Part shown: one piece after another, positions 47,711 through 61,754 of the stretch
Position numbering within the stretch: the stretch's first letter is position 1
Layout of the letters: each line of letters opens with the position of its first letter
DNA from: Octopus sinensis
Taxonomy: Eukaryota
NCBI RefSeq assembly: GCF_006345805.1
Contig: NC_042998.1
Span: 90,334,001 to 90,398,000, forward strand
DNA: 64,000 bases
Direction of reading: 5' to 3'
Position numbers and translations under genes: made by a program
The notes under the pieces: generated by a model
Database searches by the model: none
The model's input: the letters and a program-made list of their open reading frames with translations, nothing else
Told to the model about the DNA's origin: nothing

Positions 47711-49951
47711 ATGCCTGAAAACAAGAATACCAGCAGTTCATACCAAAGTCTCTTCAGTAACAACACAAGTTGTACAACCAATTCCAGTCCTATAATAACC
47801 AGCAACAGCTCTGCCTCGGCTACTACAAGTAATCATAGTTCTACTTCGCGTAGCAGCAGTAGCAACAACAGCAAAGACTCTGATAATGTGCGAGTGGCCG
47901 TTCGTTGTCGTCCGCTCAATGAGAAAGAACTGTCGATTTCATGTCGTAATCTAGTGACTGTCGATGTCCTGCGGGGTACAGTGTCAGTGGAAAACCCCTC
48001 GGCAAGCCAAGAGGAACCCATAAAAATGTTTACTTTCGACACAGTTTTTGGACCTGGGTGTAAACAAGTTGATGTCTATAATGAAGTCGCTCGACCCATT
48101 GTTGATTGTGTTTTAGAAGGTTACAATGGCACCATTTTTGCCTACGGACAGACAGGCACAGGTAAAACATTCACTATGGAAGGCTTACGGACAACGCTTG
48201 AGGTTCGTGGTATTATTCCTAATTCATTTGCTCATATCTTTGGAGCTATAGCAAAAGCTGGTGAAGATAATTGCTTTTTAGTTCGTGTCTCTTACATGGA
48301 AATATATAATGAAGAAGTTCGAGATTTGCTTGCAAAAGATCAAAACATGCGATTAGAAGTCAAAGAACGGCCCGATGTTGGTGTCTATGTTAAGGATTTG
48401 TCTGCATTTGTGGTGAATAATGCTGATGATATGGATAGAATAATGACTCTCGGTAATAAAAATCGCGCGGTTGGTGCTACCAATATGAATGCCCATAGCT
48501 CTAGGTCCCATGCTATTTTCACTGTTACTGTAGAATGCAGTGTGAAAGGAATTGATGGAAAACAGCATGTCCGAATGGGGAAGCTACATCTTGTAGATCT
48601 TGCCGGTTCTGAAAGACAAGCCAAGACAGGTGCCACTGGAATGAGATTAAAAGAAGCGTCTAAAATTAACCTTTCTTTATCTACACTTGGTAATGTCATT
48701 TCTGCATTAGTTGATGGGAAAAGTAGTCATATTCCATATAGAAATTCAAAACTTACTCGACTATTACAAGATTCCTTAGGAGGTAACTCGAAAACTATAA
48801 TGATTGCTAATATTGGGCCTGCTGACTATAATTATGATGAGACAATCAGTACTTTAAGGTATGCTAACCGTGCTAAGAATATTAAAAACAAAGCTAAAAT
48901 TAATGAAGATCCTAAAGATGCACTTTTAAGACAATTCCAAAAGGAAATTGAGGAACTGAAGAAACAACTTGAAGATAATATATCAGATGCAGATACTAGC
49001 CCAGATGAAGAAATGGATAATGAACAAAGTATGGAATTTATGGAGAATAGTAAAAAGAAATGGAAAGAAAAAAAATGCCGTAAGATATCTAAAGAAAAAA
49101 TGACTGAAATCCTCACTAAAATTGAAAATGATCGAAAATTCTTAGAAGAGAAGAAAGACATGGCTGAAGAAGAACGTAACCAAATGAAGGAAAGTTTGGA
49201 TGAAAAAGAAAATGAGTTAAAGCGTTATCAAGAAGAACAAGATCAACTTCAGCAAAAATTGTCAGCAATTGAAAAAAAGATAATAGTTGGTGGCGAAAAT
49301 CTTTTAGAGAAAGCCGAAGAACAAGAACGCCTTCTTGGAGAGAGTGCTATTGAGTTAGAAGAACGTAAAAAAAGAGAAGAAGAATTACGAAGAGCTCTTG
49401 AAGAGAAAGAACAGGAAAGAATTGATATTGAAGAAAAATATTCTTCTTTACAAGATGAAATTGTAGGAAAAACAAAAAAGTTGAAAAAGTGTTGGACAAT
49501 GTTAATGCAAGCTAAATCTGAGATGGCTGATCTTCAACAAGAACATCAGAGAGAAATGGAAGGCCTTTTAGAGAATATAAGACAACTAACTCGTGAACTG
49601 AAGTTACAGATGCTTGTCATTGACAACTTTATCCCTCCAGAGTTTCAAAATGTGATAGAACATTATGTACATTGGAATGATGACATAGGTGAATGGCAAT
49701 TGAAATGTGTTGCCTACACTGGTAATAACATGCGTAAACATACTCCTATGCTTGAAAAGCACAAAGAAACCTGTGTAGATGTTGATCTTACAGGTGTTTT
49801 TCTAGCATACACTCCAGAAGGTGCAGCTCAAGCACTTAGGTCTAAAACCTGCAAGATGATGAAGTCTTTGCATCACCCGAAGGTATTATCCCGGCCAAAA
49901 TCCTCCAAAAAGAAGAAACGAGATTCTGAACTAGAGAGCTTCTTGCAATGA
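47711..49951 (+). CDS. KIF3A: Kinesin-2 motor subunit KIF3A-like, 746 aa, intronless CDS
   Basis: P-loop GQTGTGKT, switch I SSRSH, switch II DLAGSE; KIF3A-type [20 protein letters not shown] and [20 protein letters not shown]; MPENK start and ...SFLQ end resemble vertebrate KIF3A (MPINK / ...SLLQ); coiled-coil stalk; no stops. Confidence 0.93.
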   Translation: MPENKNTSSSYQSLFSNNTSCTTNSSPIITSNSSASATTSNHSSTSRSSSSNNSKDSDNVRVAVRCRPLNEKELSISCRNLVTVDVLRGTVSVENPSASQEEPIKMFTFDTVFGPGCKQVDVYNEVARPIVDCVLEGYNGTIFAYGQTGTGKTFTMEGLRTTLEVRGIIPNSFAHIFGAIAKAGEDNCFLVRVSYMEIYNEEVRDLLAKDQNMRLEVKERPDVGVYVKDLSAFVVNNADDMDRIMTLGNKNRAVGATNMNAHSSRSHAIFTVTVECSVKGIDGKQHVRMGKLHLVDLAGSERQAKTGATGMRLKEASKINLSLSTLGNVISALVDGKSSHIPYRNSKLTRLLQDSLGGNSKTIMIANIGPADYNYDETISTLRYANRAKNIKNKAKINEDPKDALLRQFQKEIEELKKQLEDNISDADTSPDEEMDNEQSMEFMENSKKKWKEKKCRKISKEKMTEILTKIENDRKFLEEKKDMAEEERNQMKESLDEKENELKRYQEEQDQLQQKLSAIEKKIIVGGENLLEKAEEQERLLGESAIELEERKKREEELRRALEEKEQERIDIEEKYSSLQDEIVGKTKKLKKCWTMLMQAKSEMADLQQEHQREMEGLLENIRQLTRELKLQMLVIDNFIPPEFQNVIEHYVHWNDDIGEWQLKCVAYTGNNMRKHTPMLEKHKETCVDVDLTGVFLAYTPEGAAQALRSKTCKMMKSLHHPKVLSRPKSSKKKKRDSELESFLQ

Positions 49952-51569
49952 CTATTCACTGCAGCAGGCATCTGGTTTCTTTTCAAATTTATGTTATGTA
50001 TTGATGATATGGTTATTTTTATTTTCCCATCATTTATAACTAAGTAATTTTAACTAAATCTCAAACCCTTTATTTTGGCTTAAATGTAACTTATTTTTCT
50101 TTCTTTTTCTCTTTTAAAATCCAGCATTTGTGATCAATAGTCTTTACTTTTAAATTTATTTATATATGAATATTATATTTACTAATATTTCTCTTTTGAG
50201 AGTGTTTATAATATATTTTCAAGGAGGCTTTACATCCTGTTGCCATTTCAAGCCAAATTAATCTTCCTGCACTTCAAAGAAAAGTGGCTTCCACCCTCTT
50301 ACCTAAAACTCAGCTGCAACATAATTTTGCTCTTGAAGCTCTACTTAATGTATTTAAAGTATGTTGTTGGTTGATTCTGTGAATTTCTTCCATTTAAGCA
50401 AATCAAAACATTGTTGAAATTTTAAAGTATCGTTAAATGTTAAGTAATGAAAGGAAGTTCTTTTTTTTTTTTTTTTTTGGTGTTATTAATGTTTACAAGT
50501 TAGCAATACCAAAAGAGCAATTGGAAAGATTTTATCACTATTGACCTATCTTTGATGTAGTATTCTTATACTACATATGACACAGGTCTTTAAATATATT
50601 AGATTTATCTTCTGCAGAAGATGTTTGTTAACAGAGAAGAAATAATCAGCTATCCTCATTATCCTGTAAAGCATATAACTTATTTACTCCAGGTTTGCTG
50701 AGAATATTTTGAAGCAAATATAGTTTGTATTATCTATACAGATCTCAAGCTTTATTTACAAAATTATTATTTCTTGCTTTTACCCCCTTTATCTTGCTTC
50801 AATTTCCTCAATAGTTGTGATAGTTGTAAAATATTCTGACTTATTTACACATTCAGCAGACCTAGTAATTCAAAACTGATGCTTGCTCATATAAAATTAT
50901 ATCTATATTACATTCTGTAGAATTTCCTTGTATATTTATTTATATCTTTTGGTATTTGCATCCAATTTTTAAAATTTACCAAAAGGTTTTATTTTTTAAA
51001 TATTGTTATTACATAACATAATTTAAAATATTTTTATTATCTTTATTTATTTGTTAGAGTGAGACTGCAACTGGCATGCTGCATTCTCTCTCCATCTGTA
51101 ATAAAACCTGGTTCTACATGTAAATATATATTCCTTTGCCTTGAGTTGAATTTCATTTAAAAGATATTTTGTTTTTGTCACAGTATTTCTAACTATAAAT
51201 CACATTTAATGGATTGTATATTATTATTGATTTCTAATTAAGCTTGTTTTTTTTGCCATTTTCTTAATATATATATATATATACACACACACATACACAC
51301 GCACACAAACATGCACATACACAACCCATGCTAGCATGGAAAGCGGACGTTAAATGATGATGATGATGATGATGATATATATATACATATATACATGTGT
51401 GTGTGTATAAATGCATGCACATTCACATTATTTACATACACACATACATATACACAATATATATGCATACTAATACATGCATATATACATGTAATATGTA
51501 GCGTATATTGTCTATATCATATCTATATATACACACTCATACATATATACTTACATACACATATATACA

Positions 51570-52777
51570 CAGGGTGCAGTCAATAAATTGTCATCTAAAT
51601 TACGCAAAAATGAAAATAACACTGACATCTCATTTTAACAGATATATTTACGAAAATTACATAAAAATGTCTTGAAATACTAAAGAGTAAATTTATTCAA
51701 TAAAATCGCCATTGGCTTCAACCACAGCCTCCAGACGACTTCGGAATCTCCAGCAACTCTTCTGGACAGTCTCCTTAAGTTGGTGGATGCTGTCATAATC
51801 CTTGCCGTCAGTTCATCTTTGGTGTTACAAGGAGTTTTGTTGGTCTCTCTCTCTCAACTGCACCCAACACATAATAATCAAAGGGGTTGCAGTCTGGGGT
51901 GATGTGGTCGAAAACATTGTCTGACAACCATGACTCAGTTTTCATACTTGTGTGGCATAGTGTGGAGTCCTGTTGCCAGATATAGGGTCTTCTAGCAGCC
52001 ACTTTGTTGACCCTGGGCAGCACTACCTCCTCCAGGCACTTGATGTAGGCCTCTGTATAAAGTCTGTGGCCGTGTGGGAAGATGAATGGAGGCATAATGT
52101 TGCCATCATTAGTGATCATTCCAAACACCATGATGTTGATTGGATGTTTGACTTTTATCATTCTCAGTACATGTTTTGGGGACATGGCAAGCCAACAGCT
52201 GTTCTGCGTTCACCATCTGATCCTGGTAGAAATTTTTCTCGTTTAAGAAAAACCAAAGCATGTTCAGTTGGAGGGGATGCTTGAGTTTGTTCAAAAGCTT
52301 CATAGCACAGTCTTTCCTCTTGTCCTTGATAGCTTCATATAAAAATTGGCCCTTTCTCATCTTGTATGAGGAATACCGAATGTCATCCTGCATTACCTGC
52401 CTAATAAGTAACTCAGACACTCTCATGGACCTGGTTGACTTCGAAAGATTGTTGTCAATTATGGCCTGGATCTCTCCAACGAATTTCAGAGTTCTTTTCT
52501 TAGAACAATCAGAGTGAGTTTTCTAAGCTACCATACCTTTGTAATCACCAATTCTTTCAAAATCTTCTGCACTGTCCTCAGGTTAACACTCAAACACTCT
52601 GAAATGTTTGTATTGAATGCCAAGCAGTACAGCATATTACTTCCAAATTTCTGGCAGAGAGCATTATGTCATGATGCCCAACTAACCCAACTATACTGTA
52701 GTTGATAAAATCAAAAACAATGTGCATGCACGAAATTAAAAAATATAAAATGGCAACAATTTACCCATTGCACCCTG
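51570..52777 (-). mobile_element. Decayed Tc1/mariner-superfamily element, DD37D (maT)-like
   Basis: Imperfect TIRs cagggtgca.t...taaattgt; VMVFG-like IMVFGMIT, WQQDS..CHT, PDCNPFDYYV (the WPPNS segment is deleted); frameshifts. Confidence 0.8.
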
Positions 52778-55700
52778 TGTGTGTATGTATATTTATATAT
52801 ATATACACAATATTTTACATACATACACACACACTCACACATATATTACAGCTATAATACATGTATATAACATCATATGTAATATACTTAAGATATTTGC
52901 ATTACATCCATGTAGTGCAACACACACACTGTTTGTTTATATAAAATAGCCTTCTCTGTGAAAATTTTAATTTAAATTCTGCTATGAGTTTTTCAAATAG
53001 AAGAATATTCTGCTGATATATAGGTTTTTTCAATTGAAAACTAGCTTTTGCTACCATTTTTAAGCAAAGCTATCTATCGTTGTTGGCTCCTTTTACTTAA
53101 CTTTAGCTCTGTCATTCTCATTCCCTCCTGTTTGCCTACTATTTAAATCCTATGTCCATTTAAAAAATATAACCTATGTAATGCCCTGTTAAAAAAACAT
53201 TAACCAAAATGAATGAAAAGTTCTACTTAATAAATATTCCTCTAGAAAAGCATTCCTTTAATTATCATCTGATCCTATGGAAGATATTTGGATTCAAGAC
53301 TTGTATACGTCTATACTTTCAAGACATTGCCAACATATATATATTATATATATATATGTATGTATGTGTGTGTGTATATATATATATATATGTGTATATG
53401 TGCAAAACACCTAATATTATCTACATATTCAATATTTTCTAACCTGTCGTAGAAAATGAAACAGGAAATCATTTTCCCTCACCAGGTAGCTATAAGGTTG
53501 CAACTGTGGTTTCTATTTTCCCCATGTCTCAATGCTTGAATTCCAACCTCTGTAAGCTTATTGTCTGCAATGTGATAGATTTTTTTTTAATACATTCCTA
53601 CTGAGTTGCTTATCTTTGCTTCCAATAAGTTTAATATTTATTCAGAAACTCCAAACCCTATTTTAAAAGATTTTTGTAGTAGTAAATTATTTATTATTAT
53701 TAATATCAATTTTTTTTTTCTGGAATATTTCTTCTGTTGATCATTTTGAAGTGCCTGCAAGGAACTTTGTAGTTAACAATTATTTTCAAACATGTACTAT
53801 TTCAAAGTCTCATATCCTCATGTTATTAATAGATTGATTAATAATATATATATGCTCGGTATAATATCTACTACGTGATACATACAGAGAAAGTTTTACA
53901 AAAGCTTGTTTGCTGATTAATATTCAACTGACACTTTCATCAGGATAAACTGATGAGAAAACAAGCTAACAATTGATTTTTGACTTGCTAGAGATAGCAA
54001 CAAGATCCCTTCAAATTACACTCTACCATCTTAAAAATATATATACATATACATTGGACAATGTAGTCCTGTATATAGAAAAAGATAAGATAAGGCTGAA
54101 ATGCCTGTTCGATGAGGCTTGATCTGTATCTGAACAACAACAACTGATGAGAAAATGAACTGAATAGTTCTTGTTTTAAGCCATTTACAAATGCATTTAT
54201 TTCCTCCAAAATATGAGATTTTTAAAAACTACAAGAAGTGAACTAACAAAGTGAATAAGACATATATTCAGGTGTCTTGCTTACATATGTTTCACAGGTG
54301 TTTCTTGGAAGGGCACATAACTCTACATGCCTTAGCTATCAAATATGTACCAGACCTCTGAAAATTATGTGAATACATAACTGGAAAAGACAGTGTCACA
54401 TTATTCAAGTGTATCTTTCTTTAGTACATACTGTAAATGAAGTGTAAACCCAATCAGCAGTAGTAGTCCTTGACTCAATGAGACATATACTTCTTAATAA
54501 AAAAAATATTAAAAAATAATCATATGACTTCGTAAGTAAAGCAACTTTCCGTGCACAAGAAAGCTGTTTTTTTTATCCATATGATACATATATCAAATAA
54601 AAGTTAACTAAATTGTTACCTTATTTCTTCTCTCTTCAATATATCAGACATTTATTGAAACATTGATTTAATTGCATCAGTATATTTCACTGTTATTCTG
54701 TTTCTTCCATAATGCTTTCTGATACCTTTTTTTTTTCTCTCTCTCTCCTTAATATCTTTGCTACTCAGCCCCTTTAATATTCACTAACACCATGCTGTTT
54801 CTCTGCATACTACCCTCACTCCAGCTCTGTATCTCTTCCATTACTCCTTCCGCTATCTCTCCTCCGCTCCACTGTTTTCCCCATTGTGCTCTTGTCCCTA
54901 CTACTCTCCCTTCTTTTCACCCTCTTGATCATGTTACCTTGAACAAATGGAGACATCGAGTAGGGATGATTCTTAGAGTAACCCCAATAATGCTGGTGAC
55001 TTAATAAAAGGTACACAGTACATTTTGTAAAGTAGTTGGTATTAGAAAAGGCATCCAGCCATGGAAACTATACCAAAAATGAAACGATTTCTCAGTGTGA
55101 TATGGTCCTCTAACACATCTAGGGGAGCAGTAATTTCAAATTAAGAACTGATTCAGATCACAGTGGCTTGTCCAATGCATATCAGCACAAAAACCAAACA
55201 CAACGATGATGATGGAATATTTCAGTATAAAAATATTTGCATCATCTTTCTTGATGGTATTGGTTGGACAAGTTTTCATAGACTAACTCAATTCTTAACT
55301 GGATATATGAATCCAAGAACCATGCCCCTCTCATACATTTAGGCACCATTTGTGTAGCGGGATACTCTCCTTAATATCAACCTCTATAAAGAGTGTACTA
55401 AGTATATTTTTATCCTGTTACCAGTATTAAAGAGGTTCTCAAACCCTGACAAGGATCCTATCTCCACTATGTTGTTTCTGTAAATTCATCAAACATTTCA
55501 CAATGTATTTGTGCGTTTCATGGCACCAGCACTAGAATGTTTGCTTGGTTCCTCTTTGTTTAAGATAACATGATAGAAGAGGTAAATAATTGAGAAAACG
55601 ATGAGTTAATCTGGACAGAAATAAAAGAGAGAACATGATGAGAGAAATGGTGAGAGGAGAAAGTAATGGAAAAGAGATAATGATAGCTAAATACAGGTCT

Positions 55701-55939
55701 TGGTAAGGGGACAAATTAAAAAGATGAGCTTGAGTTACACAATGGAGTTGAAAGAGTTAGGAAGAGAGACAGAATGATTGGGAGGGAGGAATGGAAGTGA
55801 GTGAAAGAGAGTGTGTGATATATGTCATCGGTAAGTGATAGAGGAAGAAGTGTGTGCAAGAGAGAGGACACTAGTATAGATATATATATGTACATATATG
55901 TATTTATACATATGATTAAGTGTCTAGGTATATATAAAC

Positions 55940-56230
55940 TGGCACTCCATCAGTTATAAAGACAAAGATTCTAATTTTTTCTGATCAATGGAACAACCTG
56001 CTCATGAAACCATGCAAGCAGCTGAGTACACCACAGACATATGTACCTTTTACATAGTCCTCAAGGAGATTCAGTGTGACAATGTGATTAGGCTGGTCCT
56101 TTAAAATACAGGTACTACTCATTTTTGCCAGCTGAGTGGATTGGAGCAACATGAAATAAAGCATCTTGTTCAAGAACACAACATGCTGCCAGAAATTGAA
56201 CTCATGACCTTATGATTGTGAGCCAAATAT
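55940..56230 (-). mobile_element. Diverged SINE (same family as 61755-63367)
   Basis: ggcactccatc...gctgagtac.ccacagaca...gagattcagtgtgaca...atttttgccagctgagtgga. Confidence 0.7.
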
Positions 56231-56881
56231 ACAGTCATGCTCTTCATACAGGTATATATATGAAGTCAAAATTAACCCTATCTCACCAGGCTTTATATGT
56301 ACGCATCATCATCATCATTTAATATCCGCTTTCCATGCTAGCATGGGTTGGACGGTTCAACCAGGGTCTGGGAAGCCAGGAGGCTGCATCAGGCTCCAAT
56401 CTGATCTGGCAATGTTTCTACAGCTGGATGCCCTTCCTAACGCCAACCACTCCGTGAGGGTAGTGGGTGCTCACCGGCATGGGCCAGAGGAGGCTGGCAA
56501 CAGCCACAATCGGTTGGTGCTTTTTACGTGCCACTGGCACGGACACCAGACAAGGTGGTGCTGGCATCAGTCACATTCGGACAGTACTTTTTATGTGCCA
56601 CCGGCACAAGTATCACAACTACAATTTCCATTTGATTCGTATTTTGATGTTGATATACTTGACTCAATCATCTACATATATAATATATATATATATATAT
56701 ATGATAATGAACTTATTGTGTATGGTGCTCAGGTGCACTACAATGGTGCTCCTCAGTGTATTTCAATACATATGTACATTTATATATCAAGGCATTCAAT
56801 TATATGTGCATGCATATATTAATATGGATATATACGTGTGTATATATATATATACACATACATATTTCAATGCATATGCTT

Positions 56882-56917
<36 letters not shown>

Positions 56918-57280
56918 TGAATTAGTGTACACATATAATACACATGCACACATAGAAATACACGTCTATATATAGTCTGGCTATGGCAACTCATGTGAAA
57001 CTTCGAAGTTACTATCAAATTTTTCCTTATAAAGTAAACATACTTTAAATATTTTGATTTCAAATTTTGGTACAAAGCCAGCAATTTCAGGGATAGTAAC
57101 TAGTCAATAACATCTACCCCAGCATTCAACTGCTACTTATTTTATCAACCCCAAAAGGACGAAAGACAAAGCATTTTGCCTGGCATGTTAACAATTCTGC
57201 CAGCTTCTCACCTTTGATACCTTAAATGTATTGAGTGATCTTTCAGTTAATATTTGACTGTTATTACATATAATAACAGG

Positions 57281-57447
57281 TGCAGGAGTGGGTGTGTGGT
57301 AAGTGGCTTGCTTACCAACCATATGGTTCCGGGTTCAGTCCCACTGCATGGCATCTTGGGCAAGTGTCTTCTACAATAACCTCAGACCAACCAAAGCCTT
57401 TTGAGTGGATTTGGTAGACAGAAACTGAAAGAAGCCAGTTGTGTGTG

Positions 57448-57488
<41 letters not shown>

Positions 57489-57725
57489 ATGTATGTATGT
57501 ATGTACATGTGTCTATATGTTTATGTGTCTGTGTTTGCCCCCCCCCCCCATTGCTTGACAACCGATATTGGTGTGTTTACATCCCCTAACTTAGCAGTTT
57601 GGCAAAAGTGACCGATTGGATAAGTACTAAGCTTACATAGAACAAGTCCTGGGGTCAATTTGTTTGACCAAAGGTGGTGCTCCAACATGGCTGCAGTCAA
57701 ATGACTGAAACAAATAAAAGAATAA
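57281..57725 (+). mobile_element. Full-length tRNA-derived SINE with internal microsatellite
   Basis: Head gtgcaggagtgggtgtgtggtaag...gggttcagtccc; tail gtcaaatgactgaaacaaataaaagaataaaaga. Confidence 0.85.
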
Positions 57726-58104
57726 AAGAACTACAAATTTAACAAACAATATTATATAGACATATATATATATATATATATATTAAACATATACCATTAC
57801 TTATGATATTTTGTGTATAAATGGAAATTAAAGGATACAATTATTTAAAAAAGATATATAAATACAATTCAATGTGTATATTTCTTTACAGATATACATG
57901 ATTATGTGTGTATTTATTTGTACAAATACACATGATTTGTATATGTTGTATCTGCATATGTATAAATATATTATTATATGTATGAGAATTACATATGTAT
58001 TCATGTGTGTGCAGGCATATCTTTGTGGTTAAGAAGTTACCTGATCACCTACAACTCAGTTGAACATACAAGTCACAGGTCAGATCTTAAGAACAGAGCA
58101 ATGC

Positions 58105-60315
58105 TCCTATCATTATCATCATCTACATCATCATCACCACCATTTATTGTCTGCCTTTCATGCTGGCATGTTTTGGATGATTTGACAGGAGCTGGCCAGG
58201 CACAAGACTGCACCAGACTCTGTCTGTTCTGGTATGGTTTTTACAATTAGATACCCTTCCAACCACCCCACAATGTGGACAGTGCTTTTTACATGGCACC
58301 AGCACAGGCAAGGTCAGTTTGGCATGATTTTTACAGCTAGATGCCCTTCCAAATGCCAACCACTTTGCAATGTGGACTGGATGCTTTTTAAGTGGCACCA
58401 GCATTGACAAGGTCACCAAATAACTTGCAAGACAAGGAATCTTGAGAGGGGAGGGGGGCATTGGAGGTGATCTTGTGTCAGATGATGAAAGGTTAGAGTA
58501 CGACAGAGAGGCAGAAGCAGGTGACTTGTTGCAGAGGAGGTATGGTTACCCAGCCAGAAAGAGAGAGAGAGTTAACAAGATGTCAGAAACAGGTGTGCTG
58601 CTGTAAGAGAAGAGCAGAGAGAAAGTGAATGAGGGCAGAAACAGGTGTGCTGCTATTGAAAAGATACATAGTTACCCAACCAGAGGGAAGAGCAAGTGAA
58701 AGAGAGAGAGAGAGTGGGAGTCAGTAAGAGTGCAAAAGAGAGTGGGAGACAGCAGGAGTGCAAGAGTGAGATGGTGGTAAAGTACCAGGGTATGCTCGAA
58801 AGGAACAAGGATCAGAGCATAGATAGGATGGTAGAGTAAGGAAGAGAGAGATAAATGGTGGCAAGTGCCAGAGCATACCCTCAAAGTACAGGGCAGTGAG
58901 GACAGGAATGGGGAGTGGAGATAATTCAGAGGAAATGTGAGGAAGATAAAAGATGGTGCTTGGGAGAGGAGATGTAGATTGGTTTATTGGGGTAGGGTGT
59001 GTGAAATTTTATTGTTACATGTGAATGGGACACGATGCTTCTAGAACTCAGTTTTGCTGATGTGGGTAAGTCTTCTCTAGAATCTCATATTGCCAAACAA
59101 CTTGGTCCATTGTCATTTCCTTTGTCAGCCCAACATCCTGAGATTGGTCCTCACCACTTCATCCCATGTCTTCCTAGGTCTTCCTCTTCCACAGGTACTA
59201 TCCACTTTCAATGACTAGCATTTCTTTATACAGCTGTCTTCATTCATATGCATCACATGTCCAGACCAACTTAGTCTTCTCTCTTGCATGCTGCATTTGA
59301 TTCCTCTTATACCCAACTTTTCTCTCAACACATTTGCGCTTTGTTATTCATGCACACTGATGCTGCATATCCAGTGGAGTATACTGCTTTCATTCCTCTC
59401 TAGTCTATGCATGTCCTTTGCATTCACAGCCCATCTCTCACTACCATGGAGTATAGCCAATCATACACAAGTATCATACAATCTACCTTTCACTCTGAGA
59501 GAGAGTCTTTTTGTTGCCAACAGAGGTAATAGCTCTTTGAACTTCCTCCATCCTATTCTTATTCTAGAAACTACTTTCAGAGCATCCACCTCCATTGCTA
59601 ATTTGATCACCTATGTAACAGAAACTATCTACTACCTGGGCATTTGGAAGATTCTAAGTCGTGTGCTCTTAGTGCTTATTGTTACTACACATCAGCCACA
59701 CAAGAAGGTAGCCCCATCTGGTAATCTACCTGTGATTCCACTGTACCTCTTATGTGCCCATAGCTTACACTGGGTGCAGCAAATGGAATTATTTCCCACT
59801 CCTTTCCTACATATTGAGCAGGGCCATTTACCTGACAGAAAGAGAGTCCTATCTGCTTTCTTGCTAACAACTTTGGTCTTTTCTAGGTTAACTTCAATGC
59901 TCTTTTATTCCAGGTTTTGCTTCCATACCTGGAATTTCTTCTCCCATTCTGCTTTAGATTCTGCAATAAGAGTGTGAGGTCATCAGTATATAGTAATTCC
60001 CACAGGCATCCAGTTTTGAATTCCTCTGTTATGGCTTGGTGGACTATGATGAATAAGAGTGGACTAAGAACTGAGCCCTGGTGAACCCCTACTTGTACAC
60101 TAAATTCATCACTGTTTTCATGGCCGACTCTCACCTTACTGACATCACCACTGTACATAGCTTGTACAGCTCTAATAAGCCATTCCTCTACTCCTAGCTT
60201 CCTCAGAGACCACCAGATAACAGAGTGGAGACTCTGTCGATGGCTTTCTCCAAGTCAACGGAAACTAAGTACAGTGGCTTACTTTTGACCAAATACTTTT
60301 GTAGCAGCTGTGGTA
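58105..60315 (-). mobile_element. 5'-truncated, decayed RTE-clade LINE (RT C-terminal half, long 3' UTR, degenerate (ATG)n tail)
   Basis: VGVHQGSVLSPLLF...LLYTDDL (59883-60158); RRLSWSGHVM and RGRPRKTWDE downstream; tcatcatc tract at ~58105-58140. Confidence 0.85.
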
Positions 60316-61754
60316 AAATAGCATACTAATTAGACATAGAAACTAACTGATAGACCTAGAATGACTAGAGAAAAGAGTAGTAGCATGGAAAATGTGAGGT
60401 AACTATAAAAGGATCTCAGCATTTGGCACACTTAAAGAAAGAAGATGAAGTAAAATGTTTACCAAAATTCTATTTATTGATGATCTGAGTGCAATGTAAA
60501 CCAAATTGCAAAGTAATGTATCAGTAGAAATTAGAATACTGTTGGTGGAAAATGTGTGCAGAATAATAGCAGCACACTTGCCCACACTGATTCCAGAAAG
60601 AACAAGGTAAGGATATGTTACTTTAAGATGTTGCTGTATGAGGAAAATGAATAGCAGAGACAGGAACAGCTAGAGAAGTTGACACTTGTATAGTCAAAAG
60701 GACCATTAAGGATGTGAAGGCAAGAAAACATCAGAAATAGTTGCAGAAACTTTGAAAATATCTAACAAAATAAGATATTTAGTTTTAGTTACTCGCATTA
60801 AATCTTGCAGTGCAAGGTGGTTAATTTCTTAATGACTGGAGTAGTAGTATTATCATTAGCTGTTGCAAAGGCAAAGGAGTAACTACAGGTGCATCTAACT
60901 TATGGATCAAGTTAAGAAGGTAACAGAAATAATATAATACAGCTAATTAGGAAGTAATATAAGAGGAAATGTAGATGTCTTATTAATGAGACAACTACAA
61001 TAGATGTTCTCTATACCTAACATTTGTTGATCTGGAAAAAACCTTTTATCACTAAAAACATTGCTGATGAATGGCTTTTCAGTGATGTGCAAACCATGTA
61101 CAAGAGTGTTATCAGCAAAGAAAGAGCGCCATGTTCAGCAATAAATTTAGCACACATGTTGGGCTCCATCAGGGTTCAATTCTCATTTCCCTCCTATTTA
61201 TTATAGTTCTCTAGATTATAAAAAGGAGATCAAAACAACATGTCTGAAGGAACTGCAGGCCTCACTTGAAACAGTATGCTTGGTCCGCCTTACCTAAAAT
61301 ATTAGGACCCTAAGACATCCTCCCTACAAATGTTTTTCCTACTTTTGTCAACTTGCAACTTTTCAAGAGGAAAGTTAATTCCATTGATCTCACCAATCCA
61401 AGAGAATCTGCAAATTTAATGGAAAGACTGATCTCCTTCTTTTAGTTGAAGCCTAGTGAAATGAAAACTGAAAAATATTTAAGAATATCTAGACATTCTA
61501 AATATTAAAAAAATAAAGGCTCTACACTTCACATCTGTGATATTAGATTATCAAAACAAAGTGTAGAACAAGTGTTTGCATCATCTAGGTAGTATTTTTA
61601 TATATTCAGCGTTATTCTTTATGACATACTTTTCAAATACCACAAGGAATGTCACTAGCTAATTAAGTGGCACTCCATCGGTTATGACAAATTCAGTGTT
61701 ATTCTTTATGACATACTTTCCAAACACCACAAGCAATGTCACTAGCTAATTAAG

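Noticed and set aside
49952-51200. Retrogene poly(A) tail or TSD after KIF3A
   Set aside because: Only a T-run on the sense strand (~50460-50478) and an AATAAA near 51100 were found; no A-tail or matching flanking repeat
60400-61470. Possible host-gene exons (strong gtaagg donors at ~60607 plus and ~61290 minus)
   Set aside because: No good acceptor-ORF-donor combination and no recognisable protein similarity
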